DNA from: Myxococcota bacterium | GTDB lineage: Bacteria > Myxococcota_A > UBA796 > SXON01 | DNA: 64,000 nucleotides | Assembly (NCBI GenBank): GCA_040386535.1 | Contig: JAZKFH010000005.1 | Coordinates: 158,298-222,297, forward strand | Direction of reading: 5' to 3' | Shown here: positions 45,156 through 56,979 of the stretch, piece after piece | Layout of the letters: the number at the start of each line of letters is the position of its first letter | How positions within the stretch are numbered: position 1 is the stretch's first letter | The notes under the pieces: generated by a model | Told to the model about the DNA's origin: nothing | Seen by the model: the letters and a program-made list of their open reading frames with translations, nothing else | Databases searched by the model: none | Made by a program: the position numbers and the translations under genes

Positions 45156-45956
45156 ATGCAGGTTTGGAACGTCACCTCGGAAAATTCGTCGGTGTCCGTA
45201 GAATCTACGGGGTGGCTCGAGGCCTTGGCGCTGGCGCTCCCCCAGTTCCAGCTCTCTCCCCGCCACATGGACCGCTTCGTCTGCGTCATGAACGCGGACG
45301 GGAGCGTAGAGGTGCACGAGCCCCAAGTGAACGTACGCTTGCGTGTCACGCCCGCCGCGCAGGAACATTCGAGAGCATCGGCGTTTCCCATCTCCTCGTC
45401 CCTCCTCGCGGGGGATGGCGCCGCCCCGTCCGACACCCGTTCGCCCGCGCGCCGCGCCCCCGCGCTGGAGGACAGCGTGGTCGACCTGTTCGATCGCTGC
45501 GGCGAGATCTCCGCCGCCACGAACGTGCGGGCGGCCTGCGCCACGGCGCTCGACATCGTCCAGGAATTCGTCCCGGCGAACGCCGGGGCTGTGCTGATGA
45601 TCACGCGCGACAATTCGAAGCTGCGCTTCGTCGCCGCGTTCGGACCGCAGGCGCAGAAGGTCGTCGACTCGACCCTGCCTGTGAATCACGGGATCGCGGG
45701 CTTCATCTTCGACTTTCCGATGGGCCTCATCGTCGAGGACGTTCACACCGACGCCCGTTTCTCCGCCGGCACCGACCGCTCGTCCGGCTACGCGACCCAC
45801 TCGCTGCTCGCCGTTCCCGTCCGCTCGGCCGACGGTCCGGTTTACGGCTGCCTCGAGCTCCTCAATTCGGTCGACGGCTTCGGCCCCAAGGACCTCGAGA
45901 CCACGCAGATGATCGCCTCCGCGCTCGGGGCCTGGCTGGCCGGCGCGCAAGCCTGA
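45156..45956 (+). CDS. GAF domain protein (paralog of 2738-3550)
   Basis: Shares VSVES..WL.A.A.ALPQF.L...D..VC.MN.DGSV.V and DRSSGY.T.SLLA.PVR..DGP.YGCLELLN with 2738-3550. Confidence 0.85.
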   Translation: MQVWNVTSENSSVSVESTGWLEALALALPQFQLSPRHMDRFVCVMNADGSVEVHEPQVNVRLRVTPAAQEHSRASAFPISSSLLAGDGAAPSDTRSPARRAPALEDSVVDLFDRCGEISAATNVRAACATALDIVQEFVPANAGAVLMITRDNSKLRFVAAFGPQAQKVVDSTLPVNHGIAGFIFDFPMGLIVEDVHTDARFSAGTDRSSGYATHSLLAVPVRSADGPVYGCLELLNSVDGFGPKDLETTQMIASALGAWLAGAQA

Positions 45957-46371
45957 CGCTGCCGGGACTCCGCTGCTCGCCCTGAAAGCGGCGTGAAATT
46001 GCCGATCGGCGCTCCGGTGGATCCAACTCCCGTGGATCCAAGCGGGGTGAAAGCGCGGCGTTATTGACACCTGGGCGCGTCCCCGCGGCTTCGCGGCGGG
46101 GCCGGACCGCTCCGGGCGCGCGGCGGAGCCGCTTGGTCCGCCGCTGACGCGGCGGGACCGGCCGCCGCCGCCGGCCGCCCTGCGCGCTCCTCGCGCGAGA
46201 GGCCGTGCCACCCGATGCTGCGCGCTGTAACGAATTCGCCTACCCCTGTGCCGGTCCGTTGCGGGTCAGTGTCATTGGTAGAGGGACCATCCAACCCATG
46301 GCCCCGCTCCCAAGCGCGATGTACCTGCCAATCACGCGCGGCTCATACAGGGCCGGGTGATGGAGACCAAA

Positions 46372-46602
46372 ATGAAGTTCGCACTGCTCGTCCTCTTCAT
46401 GCTCGGCGGCTGCTCCTTCTCCGGAGAGGTCGACGCCGACCTCGAGTGCACCAGCACCTGTGACGAGACCAAGGCCGAGTGTGAGGAGACCTGCGAGACC
46501 GAATGTGTCAACGCGGGTGACGACGAGGACACGGCCTGTGACACCGACTGCGTCACGACCTGCGAAGAGGCGTACGACGAGTGCACCGTGAGCTGCACCT
46601 AG
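46372..46602 (+). CDS. Small acidic Cys-rich lipoprotein
   Basis: GGAG SD; MKFALLVLFMLGGC; 10 further Cys in CX3C/CX6C spacing. Confidence 0.75.
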   Translation: MKFALLVLFMLGGCSFSGEVDADLECTSTCDETKAECEETCETECVNAGDDEDTACDTDCVTTCEEAYDECTVSCT

Positions 46603-46618
46603 TTCCTACCGGGCGGCG

Positions 46619-47623
46619 TTGGCCGTTCTGATCCTTCCGTTCGCGGCGGGATGCAGCGACTACCAGGCGATCCGCCAAGGTGGCATCGACGTCTACCAAC
46701 AGCAGCCGGTCGAGAAGATCGACGTGCTGATGGTGGTGGACAACTCCTCGTCCATGGAGTCGTACCAGTACCAGCTCGGCTCCAACTTCCAGGCGTTCAT
46801 CTCCTGGTTCGTCGCTGGCAACGTCGACTACCAGATCGCCGTCACCACCACCGACGACGGCAACGATTCCTCCGTCACCGACCCGGCGCGTGGCGCGTTC
46901 GTCGGGCCGATCATCACGTCCGGGATGGACCTCGACACCGCCGGGGACCTGTTTCAGCAAGAGGTCAACGTGGGCATCAGCGGCTCGGGCCTCGAGACGG
47001 GCCTGAAGACCGCGCACCTCGCGCTCACGGACACCGCGCGCCTCGGCGACCAGATCACGGCCTTCCTGCGCCCGGACGCGAGCCTGTCGATCGTCTTCGT
47101 GAGCGACGAGGAGGACAGCTCGCCGTGGCCCGTGAACGACTACGTCAACGCGTTCTTCGAGCTCAAGGGCCAACGCGACCGCGACGCGTTCAACATCTCC
47201 GCGCTCACCGTCACCGACGAGACGCTCTGCACGGAAGAGCTCGCGGCGTTCAGCTCGCCCGGCACCCGCTACGTTGACGCGGCCGCGCAGACCCACGGCC
47301 TGACCGGCAACCTGTGCGGCTCCGACTTCACCCAGATCGTGGATGACCTCGCGCTCGCCAACAGCCGCATCACCGACACCTACCCCCTCTCGCACGAGCC
47401 GGACGCCGAGACCCTCACGGTGACCCTCGAGGTCGACGGTGTCGAGACCGACCTGCCCTGCGAAGACGGGACCTGGGTGTACCAACGCACCACCGTCTAC
47501 GAGATCGACACCCCGGCGATCGTGTTCGCCCGGGAACACCTGCCACCGCCGGGGTCCATCCTGTCCATCCGCTACCTCTATGGCGACGGCAACCTCGAGT
47601 CCTTCTGCGGGAGCGACTCGTGA
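46619..47623 (+). CDS. VWA-like domain lipoprotein
   Basis: AAGC lipobox; IDVLMVVDNSSSM (MIDAS DxSxS), IAVTTTD, IVFVSDEED. TTG start uncertain. Confidence 0.75.
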   Translation: MAVLILPFAAGCSDYQAIRQGGIDVYQQQPVEKIDVLMVVDNSSSMESYQYQLGSNFQAFISWFVAGNVDYQIAVTTTDDGNDSSVTDPARGAFVGPIITSGMDLDTAGDLFQQEVNVGISGSGLETGLKTAHLALTDTARLGDQITAFLRPDASLSIVFVSDEEDSSPWPVNDYVNAFFELKGQRDRDAFNISALTVTDETLCTEELAAFSSPGTRYVDAAAQTHGLTGNLCGSDFTQIVDDLALANSRITDTYPLSHEPDAETLTVTLEVDGVETDLPCEDGTWVYQRTTVYEIDTPAIVFAREHLPPPGSILSIRYLYGDGNLESFCGSDS

Positions 47624-48195
47624 GGGCGGGCCTGTTCGCCGTCGCGCTGCTGCTCCTCGTCGGCTGCGGCCCGAAGAGCGAGTGTGTCGACATGGGCGAT
47701 TGTGCCGCCCTGGAGATCTGCGATCTCGGCACGTGCCTCTCGGTGGAGTGTACGCAGTCTGTCGACTGTGGCATCGACCAATATTGTGACGAGGCGGCGT
47801 ACACCTGCGCGACCGGCTGTGTCGACAATGACGACTGCCTCGCCGGCGAGACCTGCGCCGCCGACACGCGGGAGTGCACGGCCTACGGATGCCGCTCGAC
47901 CGCCCTCGACTGTGCCATTGGTCAACAATGCGACATCCCCACCGGGACCTGCTTCGACGCGCCCGCATGCGACACGTGCAGCGGTCCGGGCAGCACCGAG
48001 TGCGAGCCCGGCGCGTGTGTCGACTTCGACCTCGAGAACGAGGGCGGCGACTATTGCCTGATGCCGTGCCTCGTCGTCGACGATCCCGAACAATGCCCGC
48101 GCGGCCTCGAGTGTCGTGACCTCTCCGGCACCGGCGACCTCTACTGTTACGCAGACTGTCCCTCCCTGGTGGAGGAGCTCAACGATGAGCCGTAG
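47620..48195 (+). CDS. Cys-rich repeat lipoprotein
   Basis: LVGC lipobox; repeated C...DC...C...C units; GTGA overlap with the VWA gene. Confidence 0.75.
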   Translation: MRAGLFAVALLLLVGCGPKSECVDMGDCAALEICDLGTCLSVECTQSVDCGIDQYCDEAAYTCATGCVDNDDCLAGETCAADTRECTAYGCRSTALDCAIGQQCDIPTGTCFDAPACDTCSGPGSTECEPGACVDFDLENEGGDYCLMPCLVVDDPEQCPRGLECRDLSGTGDLYCYADCPSLVEELNDEP

Positions 48196-48205
48196 GAATT
48201 CCCAG

Positions 48206-50692
<2,487 letters not shown>

Positions 50693-50693
50693 A

Positions 50694-51437
50694 ATGGGCG
50701 CCCGCGCCTCGGTGCAGCCCGCTCTCGTCGCGGACGGGACCGGGCTGCCCTTCCGCGAGATGGGCAGCGGGCCGGTCCTCGTGTTCGTGCACGGCATTGC
50801 CGTCTCCGGCCGCTACTTCGTTCCACTGATGCAGGAGCTGGCGGGCAGCTATCGCTGTGTCGCGCCCGATCTGCCGGGCTACGGCAAGTGCCCCGGGCCC
50901 CCCGAAGCGCTCGATGTGCCGGGCCTCGCGGACGCGCTCGCCACGTTCCTCGACAGCCTCGGCCTCGCCGCGGACAACGTCACCCTGGTCGCCAACTCGC
51001 TCGGTTGCCAGGTGATCGCCGCCCTGGCCGAGCGGAGCCCCGGCCGGACCGGGTCGTTGGTGTTCATCGCGCCGACGCTCGATCCTGCCACGAAAAATCA
51101 CTTCTGGCGTTCACTGTTCCGTGCGGCGGTGTGCGAGCCGCTGTCACTGTTCCCAATCCTGTTGGTCGACTATGTGCGGTTCGGCATCCCGCGCTTCAAC
51201 GCGACGAGCCGCCACGCGCTTGCGGACGACATCACGCGGCGTTTGCCGCACCTGCACGTCCCCGCCCTCGTCATCCAGGGCGCACGCGACCGCATCGTCA
51301 CCGTGCCCTGGGCCAGACGGGTGGCCAGCCTGCTCCCGCTCGGCCGCTTTGCCCTCGTTTCGGACGGGGCACACGCGGTGCACTACAGCCGCCCGGCGGT
51401 CGTCGCGGGGCTGATCCGTTCGTTCCTCGCCGGATGA
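50694..51437 (+). CDS. Alpha/beta fold hydrolase
   Basis: VFVHG, PDLPGYG, ANSLG nucleophile elbow, G.RD..V, GAH. Confidence 0.85.
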   Translation: MGARASVQPALVADGTGLPFREMGSGPVLVFVHGIAVSGRYFVPLMQELAGSYRCVAPDLPGYGKCPGPPEALDVPGLADALATFLDSLGLAADNVTLVANSLGCQVIAALAERSPGRTGSLVFIAPTLDPATKNHFWRSLFRAAVCEPLSLFPILLVDYVRFGIPRFNATSRHALADDITRRLPHLHVPALVIQGARDRIVTVPWARRVASLLPLGRFALVSDGAHAVHYSRPAVVAGLIRSFLAG

Positions 51438-51492
51438 CGAGGTCGGGGGCCGGCTGATCGCGCCCAGAGAGAGCGCGGGCCGGCCCCTCGTC
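51436..51492. terminator. Inverted repeat between convergent genes
   Basis: GACGAGG..GGGGCCGGC ... GCCGGCCCCTCGTC arms. Confidence 0.35.
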
Positions 51493-51494
51493 CA

Positions 51495-51794
51495 CTACTT
51501 GTTCGCGTCCTGGCGGGCCTTGCCCGTGAGCTCCTTGATCTTGCCCTCGGCCTGCATCTGCTCGTTGTCGATGACGGCGCCGACCCGGTTCTTCACCGCG
51601 CCCACCACTTCTTCAACGACACCCTTGGTGCGCTCGCTGGCCTTGGCGACCTCCTGGCGCGCCTGGCCCTTGAGCTCCTTGGCCTTTCCCTCGAGCTCCA
51701 TCTGCTCGTTGCCGATGAGCTTGCCGACGTTCTTCTTGAGCTTGCCACCGAGCTCTTCCGCGGCGCCTTCAGCACGATCCGAGTTGTTTCCCAT
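51495..51794 (-). CDS. CsbD-family stress protein (two repeats)
   Basis: G..EE..G..K..VG..I.NEQM..EGK.KEL.G.ARQ occurs twice; GGAGA SD. Confidence 0.85.
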   Translation of the reverse strand: MGNNSDRAEGAAEELGGKLKKNVGKLIGNEQMELEGKAKELKGQARQEVAKASERTKGVVEEVVGAVKNRVGAVIDNEQMQAEGKIKELTGKARQDANK

Positions 51795-51993
51795 TCGAGT
51801 CTCCGTTTGCCGGTTGTCCGGCGGGGTGGGGGATGCGGACATCGGTGACACACCAACCATCCACATCCCAAACCTACTCATTCTCTCGGCTGGGTACCCG
51901 TCACCTGCTGTACGGCGGTAATGCGGAAGCCGGCGATATGTCACCATCCATGAATTGGGCTGGCTCCCCTGCCCCTCCATCATACGAACCCGA

Positions 51994-52203
51994 ATGAAAA
52001 TCGCCGGCTTCGTCCTCATCGTCCTCGGGATCCTCGGCCTCATCTACGGGGGGTTCTCGTTCGTCTACCCGGACAAGGTGGTCGACGCCGGCCCCCTCCA
52101 GATCTCCGTCGACAAGAAAAAGAGCGTCCCCATCTCTCCCCTCATCGGAATCGTCGCGCTGGTCGGCGGGGTCGGGTTGGTGGTGATGGACCGCAAGAAG
52201 TAG
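51994..52203 (+). CDS. Small two-TM membrane protein (DUF3185-like)
   Basis: LIVLGILGLIYGGFSF...VVDAGPLQI...PISPLIG..ALVGG. Confidence 0.7.
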   Translation: MKIAGFVLIVLGILGLIYGGFSFVYPDKVVDAGPLQISVDKKKSVPISPLIGIVALVGGVGLVVMDRKK

Positions 52204-52254
52204 GGGACCGGCCGCGAACGCCCGGCCCCCACGCGGCCCTGCCTTCGACCGGAC

Positions 52255-55032
52255 CTACCCGAGGATGAACGCGATCGCGGCCTTGAGCGACGCCGCGGCG
52301 CGGGTCGAGAGCTTCTTCCCGCGCTGGGCCTCCGCCTCGCTCACCAGGGCGCCGAGCTTGCTCGCCGCGTCGGCGTGGTTCCCCGCGCGCTCGGAGGCGC
52401 AGGCGTTGTTCGCCTTGGAGAGGAGGCTCTTCGCCCAGGGCCACGTCGCGTCCGTGGAGCTCAGGCTGGCGACGTAGTCGGCCACGTCGCAGACCTCGTC
52501 GGGGCAGCCATCCCCGAACAGGTCGGTGCTGTCCGCGGCGTCGAGCGCGCACAGGTCCGCGATGTCGGTGAGCCCGTCGCCGTCGTCGTCGGCGTCGCAG
52601 GCGTCCCCGGAGTGATCGGCGTCGGTGTCGGACTGCGTCCCATTCGTGATCAGGGCGCAGTTGTCGGCCCCGTCGGCGACGCCGTCTCCGTCGTCGTCGG
52701 CGTCGCAGGTGTCCCCTTCCCCGTCGCGGTCGGTGTCGAGCTGCCCGTCGTTCACGTCGAAGGCGCAGTTGTCGTCGAGGTCGCCCACGCCGTCGTTGTC
52801 GTCGTCGGCGTCACACTCGTCGCCGAAGCCGTCCATGTCGTCGTCGTACTGCTCGGGATCGTAGAGCCCCACGCAGGCATCCTCGGTGTCCACCACGTCG
52901 TCGCCGTCGTCGTCCGGGTCGCAGGCCGTGCCGTCGCCGTCGCCGTCCACGTCGGTCTGGGCGACGTTCGAGACGTCGGGGCAGTTGTCCTCGACATCGG
53001 CGATCGCGTCGCCGTCGACGTCCCAGTCGCAGGCGTCACCGAGGCCGTCGCCGTCGTAGTCCTCCTGGTCCTCGTCGGCCACCACCGGGCAGACGTCGTC
53101 CTCGTCGGCGACCATGTCGTCGTCGTCGTCCTCGTCGCAGGTGTCGCCGTCGCCGTCCAGGTCGAGGTCGGACTGGTCGCCGTTGACGTCGTAGGCGCAG
53201 TTGTCGTCGTCGTCGGAGACCCCGTCGTTGTCGTCGTCCGCGTCGCAGTCGTCGCCCGCGCCGTCGAGGTCGCTGTCGGACTGCGGGCTGTTCGCGACGA
53301 TCGGGCAGTTGTCCGCGGCGTCCGTCAACGTGTCGCCGTCGTCGTCGAGGTCGCAGGCGTCGCCCAGGCCGTCGCCATCGAGGTCCGCCTGGGCGGCGTT
53401 CGCGGTCGCCGGGCAGTTGTCGAGGTCGTCGGCCGCGTCGTCGCCGTCGTCGTCGTCGTCGCAGAGGTCGCCGTCCAGGTCGCCGTCGAGGTTCGCCTGG
53501 TCGGCGTTCCCGTCGTAGGCGCAGTTGTCGAAGAGGTCGTCCACGCCGTCGTTGTCGTCGTCGTCGTCGCAAGCGTCGCCGACGAGGTCCCCGTCGCCGT
53601 TGTCCTGGTCCCCGTTCGGATCGGCGGGGCAGTTGTCCACGTCGTCGTCCACGAGGTCACCGTCGTCGTCCAGGTCGCAGGCGGCGCCGTCGCCGTCCTC
53701 GTCCTGGTCGCTCTGGTCGGCGTTGTAGTCGAACGGGCAGTTGTCCTCGTCGTCGAGGGCGCCGTCCTCGTCGTCGTCACCGTCACAGGCGTCGCCGCCG
53801 CCCGTCCCGTCGGTGTCGGCCTGGCTCGCGTTCGGTACGCCCCAGCAGTTATCGGTGGCGTCCGAGGCCCCGTCCCCGTCGTCGTCGGCGTCGCACGCGT
53901 CGCCGTAGAAGTCGCCGTCCAGGTCGGCCTGGGGGGCGGGGTTGGCGACGGTGGCACAGTTGTCGGACTCGTCGGCGACGCCGTCGTTGTCGTCGTCCGC
54001 GTCGCAAACGTCGCCCGCGAGGTCGCCGTCCAGGTTGGCCTGGCTGGTGGCGGACAGGAAGGGACAGTTGTCCACGCTGTCCGCGAAGCCGTCGTTGTCG
54101 TCGTCGGTGTCGCAAACGTCGCCCGCGGCGTCACGGTCGAAGTCGGCCTGGTCGGCGTTCGCGACGCTCGAGCAGTTGTCGGCGCTGTCGATCCGGCCGT
54201 CAGCGTCGCTGTCCTCACAGACATCCCCGACCCCGTCACCGTCCGTGTCCGCCTGGGTGGCGTTCGACACCGCCGGGCAGTTGTCCTGGCCCGTCGACAC
54301 CCCGTCGGCGTCCGCGTCCCGCCCGGCCGCGTAGGCGCAGGCGCCGTCGATCTCCGACTGGCCGAGCGTCCGGCTGTAGATGAAGGTGCCGTCGATCAGC
54401 CCCACCATCGTGTGCCCGGAGAACTGGGCGAGGCCGCCGAGGGTGGCGCTGGTGCGCCCGGAGCCGGGGATGGACGCCACCGTCTGGACCGTGCTCGCGG
54501 CCGCTCCGTCGACGTAGGAGTAGAAGGTCGCGGTCCCTGTGGCGCTGGTGTAGGCGGCCGCGACACAGATCCACTCGTTGAGGCGCTCCCGCGGCTTCGC
54601 CAGGGTGGAGACGTGGGGGTTCAGCCCAGTGCCGCCGGCTACACCGTAGCCGTAGCGAAAGTCGGTGAGGTTGATCGCGCGGTCGAAGCCGTTGTCGTCG
54701 TGCCCGATGGCGTAGCCGAGGTCGTTCGTGCTCGCGGTGAGCTTGATCCACATCCCGACGGTCATGGAGGCGTAGCGGTCCGGGCCGATGTTCACGGGAA
54801 GGGTGACGATCCCGCTCTGGGTGCCGTTGATGACGAAGGCCTGGCCCTGGATGCCGGGCCCGTAGGTGGTGGCCGCGCCGAGCGTGGCCGTCGCGCCGCC
54901 GACCGCGTCGCTCGGGTTGCCGTTGGCGTTCCACTGGTGGACGAGGCCGGTGGTCGGGGAGGCCGCCTGGGCCGTGCCCGTGCCGAGGGCGAGGAGGACG
55001 AGGAGGTTCTGGAGGCGAGGCGTGCGGGTCAA
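52255..55032 (-). CDS. Secreted LamG-like + thrombospondin type-3 repeat protein with small helical C-terminal domain
   Basis: Signal peptide ending AQA; about 15 DNCP...N..Q.D.D.D..GD.CD.DDD.DG repeats; TTG start after GGAG. Confidence 0.85.
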   Translation of the reverse strand: MTRTPRLQNLLVLLALGTGTAQAASPTTGLVHQWNANGNPSDAVGGATATLGAATTYGPGIQGQAFVINGTQSGIVTLPVNIGPDRYASMTVGMWIKLTASTNDLGYAIGHDDNGFDRAINLTDFRYGYGVAGGTGLNPHVSTLAKPRERLNEWICVAAAYTSATGTATFYSYVDGAAASTVQTVASIPGSGRTSATLGGLAQFSGHTMVGLIDGTFIYSRTLGQSEIDGACAYAAGRDADADGVSTGQDNCPAVSNATQADTDGDGVGDVCEDSDADGRIDSADNCSSVANADQADFDRDAAGDVCDTDDDNDGFADSVDNCPFLSATSQANLDGDLAGDVCDADDDNDGVADESDNCATVANPAPQADLDGDFYGDACDADDDGDGASDATDNCWGVPNASQADTDGTGGGDACDGDDDEDGALDDEDNCPFDYNADQSDQDEDGDGAACDLDDDGDLVDDDVDNCPADPNGDQDNGDGDLVGDACDDDDDNDGVDDLFDNCAYDGNADQANLDGDLDGDLCDDDDDGDDAADDLDNCPATANAAQADLDGDGLGDACDLDDDGDTLTDAADNCPIVANSPQSDSDLDGAGDDCDADDDNDGVSDDDDNCAYDVNGDQSDLDLDGDGDTCDEDDDDDMVADEDDVCPVVADEDQEDYDGDGLGDACDWDVDGDAIADVEDNCPDVSNVAQTDVDGDGDGTACDPDDDGDDVVDTEDACVGLYDPEQYDDDMDGFGDECDADDDNDGVGDLDDNCAFDVNDGQLDTDRDGEGDTCDADDDGDGVADGADNCALITNGTQSDTDADHSGDACDADDDGDGLTDIADLCALDAADSTDLFGDGCPDEVCDVADYVASLSSTDATWPWAKSLLSKANNACASERAGNHADAASKLGALVSEAEAQRGKKLSTRAAASLKAAIAFILG

Positions 55033-55291
55033 GGGAGCTCCGGTGTGCGCGGGGCGGCCGTCGGTCCGGTGTCTACCGGGGAGCGGCGCCCTCGCGTCCG
55101 AGGCGTTGTGGCATGGTCACCTTGGCGGAGGCACTTGCAGCCCCTTGCAGCCGCTCGTCCGCGCGCGGGCTCACCGGGCGCGGGCGGCGCCGCCCTGGGC
55201 GCCGGGGCACCGCGCCCCTCGTGGTCGCCCAAGCTTCGGACTTGTTAGGCTCGCGTTCGGGGCGCTTCGCTCTTCACCTGAATCGAGGACG

Positions 55292-55564
55292 ATGATGCCG
55301 CAGCCGCCGAGCGATCCTGGAGCCTACCGACCGCCCCCTCAGCCCGGATACCTGCCGCCGCCCGCGCATGGGAGTCCCCGGTCGAAGAAGCCGATGGGCA
55401 GCCTCGGTAGATCCCTCATCGTCGTCGGACTCTTTCTCCTCGCCTCCTTCTGCGCTGGCGCCGTCGGAAGGGTGCTCGAGAAGCTCGAGGCCAGCTCCGC
55501 TTCCTCCGCCGCGCCCGATCTCGCGCAGGAGAAGGAAGCGGTCGAGACGCCCCCGGCGAAGTAG
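55292..55564 (+). CDS. Small Pro-rich single-TM protein
   Basis: GAGG before ATG; Pro-rich N-terminus, then one hydrophobic helix. Confidence 0.5.
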   Translation: MMPQPPSDPGAYRPPPQPGYLPPPAHGSPRSKKPMGSLGRSLIVVGLFLLASFCAGAVGRVLEKLEASSASSAAPDLAQEKEAVETPPAK

Positions 55565-55597
55565 GAACGGCCGCGTAATCCTGGGAGGAGCATCAGC

Positions 55598-56554
55598 ATG
55601 GCAGGGTTGCACTTCGGAAAGTCTCGATGGGACGAGATCCCTTCGGTCCTCGGCCTCACGGTGGATTCCGGGGGCGTGATGTCCGGCCTCTGGCAAGGGA
55701 TGAGTGTCAACGCGTACTTCTCCAGTCGCCACGACAAGTACGGGACGATGCTTCACCGCACGGACGTGGGGATGCCCTTCGATCCTCCGCTGGGCGTCCA
55801 GGTCCTCGAGAGCGCCGAGCTGTGGACGGAGCTCGTGGACCCGCGGCTATCGGCCGACTTCGAAGCCTCCGCGAAGGGCCTCGGGATGTTCGCGGCCTCC
55901 ATCGGCGACGGCGGGATCCGCGGGAGCTGGGGTCACTACGAGGCGGCTCCCGAGCGCTATCGGGCGGCCTTCGAGCTCTTCGCATGGGCCGCGCAAATCA
56001 TCCTCGCGCGGCGGGCAAACAACCCTCCGCCGTGGGAGATCGAGATCGCCCAGAGTTGGCCCGCGCTCGCGCAGGGATGGGGGCTGACACTCGACGTTCG
56101 ACGCGGCATGATGACGGGGACGGTTGGCGGCCGGCCGATGCAGGTCTGCCTCGGAGACTACGAGGGCGCGTTCACTACGATCGTCGCGATCGCGGTTCCG
56201 GTGCCTGCCGGCTGCGAGCTGTCGCTTGCGCGCCAGGACGGCGACGGCTTCTTCGCGAAGCTGTTCCGCGGGCAGGACGTCGTCCTCGGCGACCCCGCCT
56301 TCGACGCCGCGTTCGTGGTCAGGGGCGCCCCCGAGTCGTTCGTCCGCGCCGCCCTCACGCCCGCCGCGCGCGCGCACATCCTCGAGCTCACCCGCACCGG
56401 CTGCGCCATCACCCTGAAGGAAGGGGCGCTCGTCGCGTGGGCCAAGGAGCGGATCACCGATGGCGAGCGCGTCGACGCGTTGATGCAGGCGGCTCTCGCG
56501 GCCTCGCTGGCGCTGTGTCCCGAGGCGACTTCAGGGGCAGTGCCGCTGCGGTAG
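55598..56554 (+). CDS. Hypothetical protein with two related halves
   Basis: SD GGAGGAG; W......LGL / W...AQ.WGL duplicated starts; GQDVVLGDPAFDAAFVVRG motif. Confidence 0.7.
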   Translation: MAGLHFGKSRWDEIPSVLGLTVDSGGVMSGLWQGMSVNAYFSSRHDKYGTMLHRTDVGMPFDPPLGVQVLESAELWTELVDPRLSADFEASAKGLGMFAASIGDGGIRGSWGHYEAAPERYRAAFELFAWAAQIILARRANNPPPWEIEIAQSWPALAQGWGLTLDVRRGMMTGTVGGRPMQVCLGDYEGAFTTIVAIAVPVPAGCELSLARQDGDGFFAKLFRGQDVVLGDPAFDAAFVVRGAPESFVRAALTPAARAHILELTRTGCAITLKEGALVAWAKERITDGERVDALMQAALAASLALCPEATSGAVPLR

Positions 56555-56720
56555 CGCTGGGGGTCCGCCGTATTCGGGGATGGTCAGCTTCGGCGTCTTC
56601 GGCGCGGGCACAAGATCACCGCGGTGAAGTGGTGCAAGACGCGCCTATGCACGCGTACGGGCGGCAGCATCGCGTCAGGAACCCCTCGCTCCGCTGCCCC
56701 TCGAACCCTTCGCCACCCCG

Positions 56721-56762
56721 AAAAAGCACAACGCCCGCCTGGTTTTCACCGGGCGGGCGTTG
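56721..56762 (-). terminator. Rho-independent terminator downstream of the tmRNA-type 3' end
   Basis: Stem CAACGCCCGCCTGG / CCGGGCGGGCGTTG followed on the minus strand by TGCTTTTT. Confidence 0.75.
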
Positions 56763-56768
56763 CAGGAA

Positions 56769-56791
56769 TGGTGGAGGCGGCGGGAGTCGAA
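56769..56791 (-). mobile_element. att site: displaced 3' end of tmRNA (ssrA), or of an Ala-type tRNA
   Basis: Minus strand reads TTCGACT-CCCGC-CGCCTCC-A-CCA: T-loop, T-stem 3' side, acceptor strand with U70 and A73, CCA. The 5' T-stem partner (GCGGG) is missing. Confidence 0.8.
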
Positions 56792-56979
56792 GACGTCTTC
56801 GCGGTCAACCAAAACCAAGGTTGTCGCGGCGGTCTGCCCCGTAGGACGTGGGCTTTCGCCCCTCCCCTTTGTTCTCGTGATTGCCGGTGGCCGGGGTTGT
56901 TTCCCGGTGTTCGCGGCACGGCTGCGGCACTCGGGAAGCGCCCAGGGGGAGGGCTTCGGCCCTCCCCCGCGGGGCCGTC

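Noticed and set aside
52375..55248. 957-aa Val-rich plus-strand ORF
   Set aside because: Antisense shadow of the Asp-rich TSP3 repeats (GAC read as GTC).
56769..56791. Complete tRNA or tmRNA gene
   Set aside because: Only the last 23 nt are present; the adjacent sequence cannot form the T-stem or the rest of the structure.
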